A stretch of DNA of 50,562 nucleotides from Gemmatimonadota bacterium (GCA_039589315.1 JBDHHQ010000035.1:1-50562); one strand, 5' to 3'. Counted from the stretch's first letter, positions 38,057 to 48,254 are shown. The notes: generated from the letters alone by a model not told the origin. Translations and numbers: made by a program.

Positions 38057-39781
38057 ATGCGGCCTGGCCACGCGCCACTCCTGGTCATGGCGGTCCTCGC
38101 ATTCGGCGCGTGCGAGCGGGGCCCCGAGCTCCGCTACGTCTTCTCCCCATCCGGGCTCAGCCTCCGCCAAACGCCGGCCCTGGAGGGCGGGGTGATCGAC
38201 GTGCTGCCCTACGGGGCGCCGGTGACGCTGATCACCGCCGCCGACAGTGCGGTCGATGTCGTCGTGGACAGCATCTCGGGCAAGTGGCTCCGGATCCGAT
38301 CGGGCCTCCTGGAAGGCTACGCGTTCAGCGGCTATCTGACTCGGTTCCCGCCACCGGCCGAGCCGGACGTCTTTCCCGACACGGGGTTGGTGAGGCGGCG
38401 TTTCGTCTATGGCGCCAATGTCCTGAGCATCCGCGACCGTCCCGACGCGGTGAGCGGCCCCCTGGCGTTCGTGCAGTACCGCGACTCGCTGGACCTGCTG
38501 TTGGGAGGCTGGCGCGAGCGGCCCGACGAGCTCGAGGGGATCGAAGGGGGCTGGGTGCGGGTCCGCTGGCGGTCCGTGGAGGGTTACGTCTTCGACGGGT
38601 ACCTCTCGGAGTTTCGGCCTCTCGAGGAGCGGATATCGACCGCCGGGCGCCAGTTCACGCTGAAGCACGTCCACGGCATCGACACGTTGACGCTCCATTC
38701 CGCTCCGGACGCCGACGCCACGGAAACCGGAACGCTCGCGTACGGCGATTCGCTCCGGGTGATCCCTGCGGCGAACCCGATCACCACGGAGCTGGACGGA
38801 TTGTCGGGGACGTGGGTATACGGCCGGAGCCCGGTCATGGAGGGGTTCGTCTTCGACGGTTTTCTCTCCGAAGCTCGACCGCCCCCCCGGGACAGCCTGC
38901 CGGCGGGTGAGCCGCCTCCGAGGCCGCAGCGGCGCTACGTCCTGGCCAGGCCCGGCGCCCGCGTCTGGAGCCAGTCCGAGAAGCGGGTCTTCACCAAGGG
39001 CTTCGTCCACTACGCGGACTCGGTGCTGCTCCTGTTCGGAGGCGGGACGCGTTCGCCCGCGCTTCAGGGCAACGGAGCAGGGGAGACGCTGGTCCAGGTC
39101 AGAGGCCGTGACCTCGAGGGCCTGGTCGCGGCCTCCGCACTGTCTCCATTGCCTGTCCCCCCGGTCGACGCCGACTTGAGCACGTATCTGGCTCAGACCA
39201 TCGGCCAGACCGGCGGTGCGGACACGGTGCCCGGTTACGACGCCCAGGCCGATACGGGCACCGTGATCACGCGGTACGAGTGGGGCGTCTCACGCACCCA
39301 TCGCGTCCTCGGACCCGGGTCCGCGGAGACGGCCTACCGTTTTCCGGACCTCACCCTGGCGCAGGCTCACCGCATCCTTCGGTTCACCCGCTTCAACGAG
39401 TATTTCGAGACGGCCGAGTTCCCAACGGGCGCCGCCACCGTCGGGGCCTACGAGGTGACCGTGCGGCTCGCTCCGGGCGGCGATGTGATCGGGACCTACG
39501 CGGTAGACACCCGTGACGGGTCCGTCACGGCCATCGAGAGCGATTCGGCCGGGGTCGTGGTGACGTTCCGGACCACGGCCGACACCGTGGACGCCGACTC
39601 CACCGGCGTGAGCCCTGCCGACCCTGATTCCGCGGGAGTCGGTGCCATGGATCCCGGCACCTCCGATCCCGCGCCCGGCGCCGGACTGGGGATGGCCGAC
39701 ATTTCGGAGGCCACCTCGGCCTGGGACCTGTCCACGGGGCTCACGACGCCACCGCCTCCCAAACTGGACACCGACGAATGA
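38057..39781 (+). CDS. Lipoprotein with tandem SH3b-like repeats
   Basis: Lipobox FGAC; repeats ending GYAFSGYL, GYVFDGYL, GFVFDGFL plus a degenerate fourth; acidic low-complexity tail. Confidence 0.78.
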   Translation: MRPGHAPLLVMAVLAFGACERGPELRYVFSPSGLSLRQTPALEGGVIDVLPYGAPVTLITAADSAVDVVVDSISGKWLRIRSGLLEGYAFSGYLTRFPPPAEPDVFPDTGLVRRRFVYGANVLSIRDRPDAVSGPLAFVQYRDSLDLLLGGWRERPDELEGIEGGWVRVRWRSVEGYVFDGYLSEFRPLEERISTAGRQFTLKHVHGIDTLTLHSAPDADATETGTLAYGDSLRVIPAANPITTELDGLSGTWVYGRSPVMEGFVFDGFLSEARPPPRDSLPAGEPPPRPQRRYVLARPGARVWSQSEKRVFTKGFVHYADSVLLLFGGGTRSPALQGNGAGETLVQVRGRDLEGLVAASALSPLPVPPVDADLSTYLAQTIGQTGGADTVPGYDAQADTGTVITRYEWGVSRTHRVLGPGSAETAYRFPDLTLAQAHRILRFTRFNEYFETAEFPTGAATVGAYEVTVRLAPGGDVIGTYAVDTRDGSVTAIESDSAGVVVTFRTTADTVDADSTGVSPADPDSAGVGAMDPGTSDPAPGAGLGMADISEATSAWDLSTGLTTPPPPKLDTDE

Positions 39782-41136
39782 GAGAAGAGGGATTCGCCCA
39801 ACTGTACGAGGGCCTCGTGACCTGGCTGCTCGAGCAGGGAGTCCCCTCCGCTTCGATGGTGTACATCATCCTGGGCCTCGAGCTGGTCACGCTGGTGCTG
39901 CTCCTGATGGCGGTCTACTGGGCGACCCGGCTCCTCCTGTTCGTCGTGATCCGCCGGATCTTCCGCGGTAGCGAATCCAGGTTTCTCCAGATCGCTCTCG
40001 ACGAGAAGGTCCTCCGGGCGATTACCCAACTCACACCGGTGATCGTGTTCCTCGTCGCGCTTCCCTACCTATTTCGGGAGTTCGAGGAGGCCACGCCGAT
40101 CCTGGCCACGCTGACCTACCTGTACCTGATCTTCGTCATCCTGCGGAGCGTGCTCACATTTCTGGACGCGGCACGGGCGTACTTCAAGCACCGGCCGTCC
40201 TACGAGCGGAGACCCATTCACATCTGGGTCCAGGTGGCCAAGATCGCCGCTTACGCCTTCGCCGCCGTGCTGTGCCTGGCCGTCCTCGTCCGACAGCCCC
40301 CTGCCATTGTGATCGGGGGGCTCGGGGCCACGTCAGCCGTGCTTCTACTGGTGTTCCGGGACACCCTCTTGGGTTTCGTGGCCGGCGTCCAAATCTACGC
40401 CATGGACATGGTGCGCGTCGGGGATTGGATCGAGATGCCCAAGTACGGCGCAAACGGCGACGTGGTCGAGATATCCCTCACGACGGTCAAGGTGAGGAAC
40501 TGGGACCGCACCATGACCACCGTGCCCACCTACGCCCTGATCTCCGACTCGGTGAAGAACTGGCGCTTCATGTCGGCCGGGGGCGCGCGGCGGATCAAGC
40601 GGCCGCTCCTGGTGGACGTGAACAGCGTCCGGGCGTGCGACGGCGACATGTTGGAGCGCTTTCGAGACTATGAGGCCGCGCTGACCGCGAGTCGCCGTGG
40701 CGCCGCCGCGAACCGGGGCGGCGACGGCCAGGAGCGACCGCAAGCGGCCCAGGCTCAGGCGACCGCAGGGGCCGGGGAGCAGCCCGACGCTGGCGCGGGA
40801 GCGACGCCGGACCCCTACGGCGTCGACGAGGACGGCAACCCCCTTACGAACCTGGGCATGTTCCGGCAGTACATCGAGTGCTACCTGAAGCACTCACCGC
40901 GGATCAGCAAGGCCCACACCCAAATGGTGCGTCACCTGCCGCCTACCGCGGACGGAATCCCCCTGGAGATCTACGCTTTTGCCGACGACGCTCGCTGGGT
41001 CGTATACGAGAAGACACAGGCCGATCTGTTCGAGCACTTCATGGCCATGGCGCCCCGGTACGACCTGGTGCTCTTCCAGAGCCCGGCGGGCCGCGATCTG
41101 ACGGAGATGGGATCCCTGGACGCGCGTCCGCAGTAG
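39778..41136 (+). CDS. MscS-family channel (YbdG/MscM-like)
   Basis: GLGATSAVLLLVFRDTLLGFVAG, DMVRVGDWIEMPKYGANGDV, VKVRNWD, TNLGMFR, GIPLEIYAF; ATGA overlap with the upstream gene. Confidence 0.92.
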   Translation: MREEGFAQLYEGLVTWLLEQGVPSASMVYIILGLELVTLVLLLMAVYWATRLLLFVVIRRIFRGSESRFLQIALDEKVLRAITQLTPVIVFLVALPYLFREFEEATPILATLTYLYLIFVILRSVLTFLDAARAYFKHRPSYERRPIHIWVQVAKIAAYAFAAVLCLAVLVRQPPAIVIGGLGATSAVLLLVFRDTLLGFVAGVQIYAMDMVRVGDWIEMPKYGANGDVVEISLTTVKVRNWDRTMTTVPTYALISDSVKNWRFMSAGGARRIKRPLLVDVNSVRACDGDMLERFRDYEAALTASRRGAAANRGGDGQERPQAAQAQATAGAGEQPDAGAGATPDPYGVDEDGNPLTNLGMFRQYIECYLKHSPRISKAHTQMVRHLPPTADGIPLEIYAFADDARWVVYEKTQADLFEHFMAMAPRYDLVLFQSPAGRDLTEMGSLDARPQ

Positions 41137-41227
41137 AAGCGGGTTCGCGTCCGGCCGTTTTGGCCAGTCCGAACCCGTCCACCCGAGCGTCGGGGCACCG
41201 CCGACCGACGAAAGCCGGAGATCGAGC

Positions 41228-41701
41228 GTGCGTTCAATGTCCAGATCCCTGACGGCTCTCGCCGCCGTCCCCCTATTGGTGCTCGTCGCCGCGTGCGGCG
41301 ACAGCTCGACGGAGCCCATCGTCCCTCAGGTCATCGAGGAGGTGACTTTCGATCCCGCCCTCGAGATCGATCTTTCCCAGATGACCAAGTTGTCCTCGGG
41401 CGTCTACATCCAGACGCTCGACGAGGGGAGCGGGGATGGCGCGGCGGCCGGGGCCACGGTCGACGTGGCATACGTGGGCTTCCTGACCACCGGGGTCGTC
41501 TTCGACGCCGGAGCATTCGACTTCGTGCTCGGAGGGGGGAGCGTCATCCCCGGCTTCGACGAAGGCGTCACGGGCATGAAGGTGGGCGAGCGGCGGCTGC
41601 TCATCGTCCCGCCAGGGCAGGCGTACGGACTCTCGCCCCGAGGGAACATCCCGGGCGGCTCGATCCTGATCTTCGATCTGGAGGTCCGGTCGATTTCGTG
41701 A
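41228..41701 (+). CDS. FKBP-type peptidyl-prolyl isomerase lipoprotein
   Basis: VAAC lipobox; VIPGFDEGVTGMKVGERRLLIVPPGQAYG, IPGGSILIFDLEV. Confidence 0.93.
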   Translation: MRSMSRSLTALAAVPLLVLVAACGDSSTEPIVPQVIEEVTFDPALEIDLSQMTKLSSGVYIQTLDEGSGDGAAAGATVDVAYVGFLTTGVVFDAGAFDFVLGGGSVIPGFDEGVTGMKVGERRLLIVPPGQAYGLSPRGNIPGGSILIFDLEVRSIS

Positions 41702-41883
41702 CCGGATCGCAGCTACGCGGAGCCACCGGCACGCTCATCAGCCACCTGTGGCTGGTGCGCTAGAGGTCGGCAGGGATAGCTCCAGCGGGCGGAGCAACGG
41801 GTGGAGGGTCAGCATCCCGCGGGGGCTTGAAAGGCGCGCGGGACGATATTCGAGAGGGATTCGCTCCGCCTGGCCGGTGGTCC

Positions 41884-43572
41884 CTATCCGGTGGTCTCCA
41901 CGGGCGTTTCGCCCGGAACGGGGAACCACCTGAGGTGCTCGAAGTCGTCTGACACGCGTACGCGCTGATCGGACGGCAGGTGACCGGGCCGCGCCTGGGC
42001 GAAGATCCTGCGGGCCTCTTCCAGAATTCCGGACAGCTCCGCCTCTGCCGCCCCACCGCGGCGATGATCGGGATACTGGATCCCCTCCAGCCCGTATCGG
42101 ATGTCTCGCAGGCTGGCAGGGGGCGGCACGACCCCTCCGCGATGCTTCCACAGCCCGGTCTTCGGCTCGAATCGGTAGTCATCCAGGAGACGCCAGCCGT
42201 GATCCGCGATCATATGCACCGCCTCGAGGATGAAGTCGAAGACGGTCTCCGAGATGAAGTAGTTGAAGTTGACCCGTACCCAGCCCGGCTTCACGCCCTC
42301 GCAGCCGCGGGCGATCTCGCGGCGGAACTCCCGGGAGCGCTCGAGATCGATGCCGAGCAGCCGATGCCCATAGGGGCCAGCGCAGGAGCAACCACCCCGC
42401 GACTGGATGCCGAAGAGGTCGTTGAGCAGCGCGACCACCAAGTTGTGATGCAGGTAACGGCCTTCGTCGTGCAGGACCACGAAGGAGACGATGGAGAGCC
42501 TCTCCGCGTCTCTGCTGCCGAGGATCTGGAGGTTGGGGTTGGTCTCCCAGGACTCGATGGCCCGGCGAATGAAGCCCTCCTCCTTCTCCCGGATCACGTC
42601 GGCGCCCACCGCCTCCTTGAGCTGGAACACCAGGCCTGCCCGGATCGAACCGACGATGTCCGGCGTCCCTCCCTCTTCCCGGTGCTCGGGGTCCTCGAGG
42701 TACCGGTGCTCCCGGGGATTCACGTAGGACACCGTTCCCCCACCGGGGACTACCGGAACCGTATTGGTGAACAGCTCCCGGCGAGCCACGAGGATGCCGG
42801 GCGTGCCGGGTCCGCCGATGAGCTTGTGGGTGGAAATGAACACCGCGTCCTTGTGCCCATCCTGATCCATATGCATAGGCACGTAGGGTGCAGCCGCGGC
42901 GTAGTCCCAGAATGACAGGGCGCCATGCCCGTGGAGCAGGGCGCACACCTCGCGATGATTGGTCATGATGCCGGTCACGTTCGACGCGGCGGAGAAGCTG
43001 CCGATCTTGAGCGGCCGGTCCGCAAACTCGATGAGCTTGTCTTCGAGCTCCTTCAGGTCGACGCCGCCCTCGAGGTCCTCGTCGATCGTGTGCACGTCGG
43101 CGATGCTCTCCCGCCAGGGCAGCTCGTTGGAGTGGTGCTCGTAGGGACCGATGAACACCACGGGCCGTTCCTCATGGGGAATCGACTCGAGAAGCTGGTA
43201 CTTCCGGTCCAGGTCGTTGGGCAGCCTGAGGTTGAGCACACCGATCATCCGGTCTATGGCTCCGGTCGAGCCCGAGCCGCAAAACACCACCACGTGCTCG
43301 GGGCCGGCGCCCACGCAGTCGCGGATGATCTGCCGCGCGTCCTCCCGGAACCGGGTCGTCTGCAGCCCCGTGCCGGAGCTCTCGGTGTGAGTGTTGGCGT
43401 AGAGGGGCAGAACCTGTGTGCGGATGTAATCCTCGATGAAGCTCAGGGAACGCCCGGACGCCGTGTAATCGGCGTAGGTCACCCTGCGGGGGCCGTAGGG
43501 CCCGACCACCGTTTCGTCGGCGCCGATGACGCCGGCGCGAATCTGTTCGATCAGAGCGGAAGCGCGGTCCAT
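41884..43572 (-). CDS. Class-V PLP-dependent enzyme (cysteine desulfurase-like)
   Basis: YADYTASGR, YANTH, EHHSNELPW, ASNVTG, STHK (PLP lysine), GGTP, RGGCSCAGPY. Confidence 0.9.
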   Translation of the reverse strand: MDRASALIEQIRAGVIGADETVVGPYGPRRVTYADYTASGRSLSFIEDYIRTQVLPLYANTHTESSGTGLQTTRFREDARQIIRDCVGAGPEHVVVFCGSGSTGAIDRMIGVLNLRLPNDLDRKYQLLESIPHEERPVVFIGPYEHHSNELPWRESIADVHTIDEDLEGGVDLKELEDKLIEFADRPLKIGSFSAASNVTGIMTNHREVCALLHGHGALSFWDYAAAAPYVPMHMDQDGHKDAVFISTHKLIGGPGTPGILVARRELFTNTVPVVPGGGTVSYVNPREHRYLEDPEHREEGGTPDIVGSIRAGLVFQLKEAVGADVIREKEEGFIRRAIESWETNPNLQILGSRDAERLSIVSFVVLHDEGRYLHHNLVVALLNDLFGIQSRGGCSCAGPYGHRLLGIDLERSREFRREIARGCEGVKPGWVRVNFNYFISETVFDFILEAVHMIADHGWRLLDDYRFEPKTGLWKHRGGVVPPPASLRDIRYGLEGIQYPDHRRGGAAEAELSGILEEARRIFAQARPGHLPSDQRVRVSDDFEHLRWFPVPGETPVETTG

Positions 43573-43750
43573 TTCGAGCTGGCCTTCGTGGGGCGGACGG
43601 GCGGCCCGCCTTCGGGTAGCTGGGTGTGTGAGCCTTACCGACCGGGGGCTGCGGAATCGGTACTCCACGCCGCGTGACGCCTGACGCGGAGCAGAAAAAC
43701 ATAGACTACGCCCGACGAACCGCAAAGCTCCTCGCAGGTGGGCGTCCGAC

Positions 43751-44581
43751 TCAGGGCGCGGCGCCCTCGACTCGGCGGTAGATCGGGAGCGACGCGTAGG
43801 GTCGGTCCACGGGCCAGTCTCCCCTGGGCAGCACTTCGTGCCCGCCCAGGACCAGGAGTCCCCCCTCGTGCATGTGGCCGAGAATCTCCGCGAGAAGCTC
43901 GGTTTGGAGCCCTGTCTCGAAGTAGGTGAACACGAGGTTCCGGCACAGCACGAGGTCGAAGATTCCCTCGGGCATCGCTTCCCGAATGTCCTGCCGGACC
44001 AGTGTCACCGGGCGTCGGAACGAAGCACGCAGACAGACGCCCCGGTCCGTATCATCGAAGGCGGTCTGGATCCACTCCGGCGGCACCTCCTTCAGCGCAC
44101 CCCGAGGGTAGCAGGCGATCCGGGCCCGTTCGAGCAGTCGCGGGTCGACCTCGGTGGCGACGATCTCGAGCATGAAGCCGGCCGGCCGATGCGACCCGCT
44201 CATGGCCCAGGCCAAGCTGAGGCTGAAGGGCTCCTCACCGGACGCGCATCCCGCGGACCAGCAACGCACTACGCTCGCTCCGCGGTCGAGAGCGGCGGCG
44301 GCGAGGTCAGCGAAGCCCCGGCGCCTGAGGGCGTCGAAGGCCGCGCGGTCCCGGTAGAACCTCGAAACCGTGATCCGGCAGAGGCCGTCCAGGAGCGCCA
44401 TTTCCTCGGGATGCCCCTCCAGGTAGCTGCGGTAGGCGGCGCCATCGGCGAGGTCCAGTGCCCGGATCCGCCGCGAGACGCGCTTGCACACCTGACCCCG
44501 TACCCTGCGGAAGCCGGGCCACCGCATGCGCAGCTGTGGCAAGGCCCACTGGAGAAGGGCGACGCAATCGGGGTCCTTCAT
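43751..44581 (-). CDS. CheR-family SAM-dependent methyltransferase
   Basis: ITVSRFYRD, WSAGCASGEEPFSL, FDLVLCRNLVFTYF, GGLLVLGGHE. Confidence 0.9.
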   Translation of the reverse strand: MKDPDCVALLQWALPQLRMRWPGFRRVRGQVCKRVSRRIRALDLADGAAYRSYLEGHPEEMALLDGLCRITVSRFYRDRAAFDALRRRGFADLAAAALDRGASVVRCWSAGCASGEEPFSLSLAWAMSGSHRPAGFMLEIVATEVDPRLLERARIACYPRGALKEVPPEWIQTAFDDTDRGVCLRASFRRPVTLVRQDIREAMPEGIFDLVLCRNLVFTYFETGLQTELLAEILGHMHEGGLLVLGGHEVLPRGDWPVDRPYASLPIYRRVEGAAP

Positions 44582-44696
44582 GGGCGCGGCTCTTCGCTGC
44601 GGGCGAAGGGTGCCTCGGTGAACAGCCTTCGGTCCCGTCGGACGCGTTTCCGTGAGCTCGCTCGCGGTACCCTGGAGCACGTGCGGCAGTTCGCCG

Positions 44697-44951
44697 TCAG
44701 CGGTAGGGCACCTGAAGGGAGCCCTGGAGACGCACATCATCGTCGTCCAGCAGGCACCAGTGCAGCAGCGCGACTCGAGATGCGGGGGTGAATCCCAGGA
44801 CCTCCTCGTACGGGACCCTGCGACTTCGTCCCGGCGCCAGGGGATCGGGCCAGGTGTCGCAAGGCGCGAGGAGAATGAGCGGTGCGTTGTCGCCGTCGAC
44901 GAAGGTGTGAGCCAGGGCCAGCCGCGTCGACTGACCGTGCCTCCGGATCAC
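44697..44951 (-). CDS. Possible 84-aa hypothetical protein or gene fragment
   Basis: GTG overlaps the permease stop (GTGA) and the ORF fills most of the gap to cheR; no recognisable motif. Confidence 0.3.
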   Translation of the reverse strand: MIRRHGQSTRLALAHTFVDGDNAPLILLAPCDTWPDPLAPGRSRRVPYEEVLGFTPASRVALLHWCLLDDDDVRLQGSLQVPYR

Positions 44952-47626
44952 TCGGCTCGCACCGCAGCGGCCGGGTCCACTCGGCTCGCCCTCCATGCGG
45001 GGGTCAGGGAGGCGAGCACCGCGGTCCCGAGAAGCATACCCGCGACGACAGCGAAGGTGAGCGGGTCGGTGGGGCTGACACCGTAGAGCAGTCCACCGAG
45101 CAGGCGCGTCAGGCCCAGCGCCGCCACCGACCCGACGGCCACCCCTACCGCGCCCAGCACCAGGCTCCTGCGGAGCACCCACTGGGCCACCTGCGTGCGC
45201 CGGGCGCCCATGGCCAGACGTACGCCGATCTCGCGGGTCCGGCGACGAACGGCGTAGGCGGTGACGCCGTAGATCCCCACCGCGCCCAGGAGGGCCGCCG
45301 CGACGGCGAACGCGCCGAGGAGCGAGAGGACGAAGCGGAGGTTGGCTCCGAACTCGCGACCGATGCTACCCTCGATCTCGATGCGGTAGAACGGGACATC
45401 GGGATTGACGCTCCAGACCGCCTCCTGCACCGCCCGCACCACGCCACTCGGGTCGGAGGGTGCCCGCACCGTGAGCACGACCCGGTCGCCGGGGAACGCA
45501 CCCTGCTGCGCGAAGGGCCGGTAATAGGCCATGGCCGGCTCCTGGGCCGGACCCCTGTTACGGGTGTCCGCGGCGACCCCCACCACCCGCACGTAGTTGC
45601 CCATGCCGTCCAGTCCGGTGTTGATCCGTTGGCCGACGGGGTCCACGTCTGGGAAGATCCGCTTGGCCAGCGCGGAGTTGACGACGGCGACCGGCTCTCC
45701 GTCCGGGCCGTCGCCCGGACCGAACCCCCGCCCCCGGACGACGTCGACACCGGTTGAGACCAGCGCTCCCTGGGTGATCACCGACCAGCCAACCACGGGC
45801 GGGTCGTTGCTGTCGTACTCCCGGCCCTCCACACGCAGGCCGGCTTGCCAGCCGACGCTCAGAGGAGCCGCCGAGGACAAGCCCGCGTCCTCCACGCCGG
45901 GCACGGCCCGCACGCGATCGAGCATGCGGTGGTAGACGTCTTGCCACTCGGCGAACTCCATCTCCCGGGCTCCCGGAAGGGCGAATCGCAGTGTGGCGAG
46001 CCCCTCGGTCCTCACGCCCAGGTCGACCCGAGCCAGGCCCGCCAGGCTGCGGAAGGTCAGTCCGGCTCCCAGTACCAGCACGACGGCCAGGGCCACCTCG
46101 GCCACCACCAGGACGCTCTGCAGCCTGCCGGCCCTGCGTCCGTCGCCTACCCCGTCTCGGGCCCCGAGCGCGGCGCCCGGGGCTTGCCGGGCCGCAAGGA
46201 TTCCAGGCAGCGCGCCGACCAGCAGGATCGCGCTCACCGTCACGCCGCTCAGGAACAACAGCACAGGACCGTCGATGCCGAGCTCGCCAGCGCGCGGAAG
46301 GCCGGGGGCGGCCCGCAACGCCGTCACCGCCGCTGCGCCGATGGCCAGCCCAGCCGTGCCACCCAGCACACCGAGCACGGCGCACTCCGCCAGGACGTGC
46401 CGCACGATTCGGCGCGCTCCGGCGCCCAGGGCCGCCCGGACGGCCAGCTCGTGGCGCCTGCCGACCGCCCGGACCAGGACCAGGTTCACTACGTTCGTGC
46501 AGGCGACCAGCAGGACGAAGCCCACCGCCCCGAACAGCATCCAGAGAGTGGCGCGGGTGGACGCCACGGTCCGCTCGTGAAGGGGAACGAGGTTGTAGCC
46601 CGTCTGGCCGTTGGACTCGGGGTCGATCTCCCGGATGCGGGCGGCAATGGCGTCCATTTCTGCCTGGGCCGCCGGGAGGCTCTGGCCCTCGGCCAGCCGC
46701 CCGATCACGGAGAAGTACCAGGCCGACCGCTCCGCCGTGTGGTCCCCGTCGAAGTCGGTGTTGAACTCGGGTACGTCTCTGAGCGCCTTCATCCAGAGGG
46801 TCACGCCCGCGGGGAAACCGAAGCCGGGTGGCATGACCCCGACCACCTCGGCGGTCTCGTGGTCCAGCCGTATCGTGCGCCCGACCACGCCCGGGTCCGC
46901 GCCGAACCGGCGCGACCAGAGCCCATGGGACAACACCACCATGCGCACGTCGCCGGGCATGGCCACCCGGTCGTCGAACGTGCGACCCAGAGCCGCCGGC
47001 ACGCCCAGCGCGTCGAAGAAGTTGGAGGACACGTTGCCCACCGGCAGGCGCTCGGGCTCGCCCGTGCCGATCAGGTTCCACTGAACCGCGCGATACGCCG
47101 CCAGCTGGCGGAACGTCGTGGCCGCGGAGCGGGCGTCCACGTAGTTGGCCGGACTCGAGCTCCTGGTCTGTCTGCGGGGCGTCGTCTCGAACACCTGGAC
47201 GAGGCGATCGGGCTCCGGGTAGGGAAGGGGACGCAGCAGCACGCCGTAGATCACGGTGAACATGGCCGCGGTACCGCCGATCCCCAGCGCCAGAGTGCCG
47301 ACAGACGTGACGGTGAAGCCCGGGCGGCGGCGTAGTGAGCGCACGGCGAAGCGGAGGTCCTGCATCAGGCCTTGCACGCCGCTCACCCACCGGCGCCTGC
47401 GTCCTCGCCGTCGAGCGAAGCGGACTGCCTGTGACTCGTGAAGCCGTCGGTCACCGAACGCCCGCTCGGCCTGGGCCCGGGCTTCGTCCGGCGACAGCCC
47501 CGTCGCCATGAGCTCCTCCGTCCGCAGCTCCAGGTAGAGCTCCACCTCGTCCCGGATCTCCTCCGCCGGGTCCGTGGGAGCCGACCCGGGCCGGGTGGCG
47601 GAACGGAATCGATCGAACAAACGCAT
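44948..47626 (-). CDS. Duplicated MacB/FtsX-type ABC permease (ADOP-like)
   Basis: N-terminal EEIRDEVELYLE prefix, QDLRFAVRSL..PGF, LLVACTNVVNL, ELAVRAALGA, REIGVRLAMGA, PAWRASRVDP. Confidence 0.92.
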   Translation of the reverse strand: MRLFDRFRSATRPGSAPTDPAEEIRDEVELYLELRTEELMATGLSPDEARAQAERAFGDRRLHESQAVRFARRRGRRRRWVSGVQGLMQDLRFAVRSLRRRPGFTVTSVGTLALGIGGTAAMFTVIYGVLLRPLPYPEPDRLVQVFETTPRRQTRSSSPANYVDARSAATTFRQLAAYRAVQWNLIGTGEPERLPVGNVSSNFFDALGVPAALGRTFDDRVAMPGDVRMVVLSHGLWSRRFGADPGVVGRTIRLDHETAEVVGVMPPGFGFPAGVTLWMKALRDVPEFNTDFDGDHTAERSAWYFSVIGRLAEGQSLPAAQAEMDAIAARIREIDPESNGQTGYNLVPLHERTVASTRATLWMLFGAVGFVLLVACTNVVNLVLVRAVGRRHELAVRAALGAGARRIVRHVLAECAVLGVLGGTAGLAIGAAAVTALRAAPGLPRAGELGIDGPVLLFLSGVTVSAILLVGALPGILAARQAPGAALGARDGVGDGRRAGRLQSVLVVAEVALAVVLVLGAGLTFRSLAGLARVDLGVRTEGLATLRFALPGAREMEFAEWQDVYHRMLDRVRAVPGVEDAGLSSAAPLSVGWQAGLRVEGREYDSNDPPVVGWSVITQGALVSTGVDVVRGRGFGPGDGPDGEPVAVVNSALAKRIFPDVDPVGQRINTGLDGMGNYVRVVGVAADTRNRGPAQEPAMAYYRPFAQQGAFPGDRVVLTVRAPSDPSGVVRAVQEAVWSVNPDVPFYRIEIEGSIGREFGANLRFVLSLLGAFAVAAALLGAVGIYGVTAYAVRRRTREIGVRLAMGARRTQVAQWVLRRSLVLGAVGVAVGSVAALGLTRLLGGLLYGVSPTDPLTFAVVAGMLLGTAVLASLTPAWRASRVDPAAAVRAE

Positions 47627-47640
47627 GGCCACGCCTCCCC

Positions 47641-47973
47641 TCACGCCCGCCGCGTGCGCAGCACACGGTCCACGGCGTTGACGTGGCGGGTCCACCGGTC
47701 CGACTCCGCCTCCAGGGCGCGTCGTCCGGCAGCCGTGAGCTCGTAGAACTTGGCTCTGCGGTTGGTCTCCGTGCGCCCCCAACTCGCGGCCAGCCAGGAC
47801 TTCGCCTCGAGCCGATGGAGAGCCGGATACAACACGCCCTCCTCGACCCGCAGTACGTCCTCGGAGGTCTCACGGATCCAGCGCCCGATGGCGTAGCCGT
47901 GCTGCGGCTCGTCCTCGACGCTCTGGAGGATCAGGAGATCCAAGGTACCAGTGAACAGGTTGCTTCCAGCCAT
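47641..47973 (-). CDS. PadR-family transcriptional regulator
   Basis: GTLDLLIL, HGYAI, EEGVLYPALHRLE, NRRAKFYELT. Confidence 0.94.
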   Translation of the reverse strand: MAGSNLFTGTLDLLILQSVEDEPQHGYAIGRWIRETSEDVLRVEEGVLYPALHRLEAKSWLAASWGRTETNRRAKFYELTAAGRRALEAESDRWTRHVNAVDRVLRTRRA

Positions 47974-48059
47974 GATCTTGCCCTCGTGCTCGGCGTTACG
48001 GCGCCTCGACCGTCTCGGTGGCCGCCGACTGTTGGGACGCCGGCTCCACCCGGTCGCTT

Positions 48060-48118
48060 CCCTTGGTGAGCTAGGGGTACGCTCACGTATACGTGAGACA
48101 CCCCTAGGTGGTCAAGGG
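48060..48118 (-). promoter_or_regulatory. padR promoter overlapped by twin palindromic operators
   Basis: Minus-strand TTGACC-N18-TATACG; sites CCCTTG-N5-CTAGGG (48060-48076) and CCCTAG-N5-CAAGGG (48102-48118). Confidence 0.72.
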
Positions 48119-48254
48119 TTGCAAGCCCGTCCCACCGCAGCCGTGGGCCAGGCCCCAGGTGATGATTCGAGGAAAGCCAGGTGATGGACGCTCGTCATCC
48201 TTGCCCGGAGACGGCAATCATACGGGATGCCACGGCACCGGGGAGTTCGAGGGC

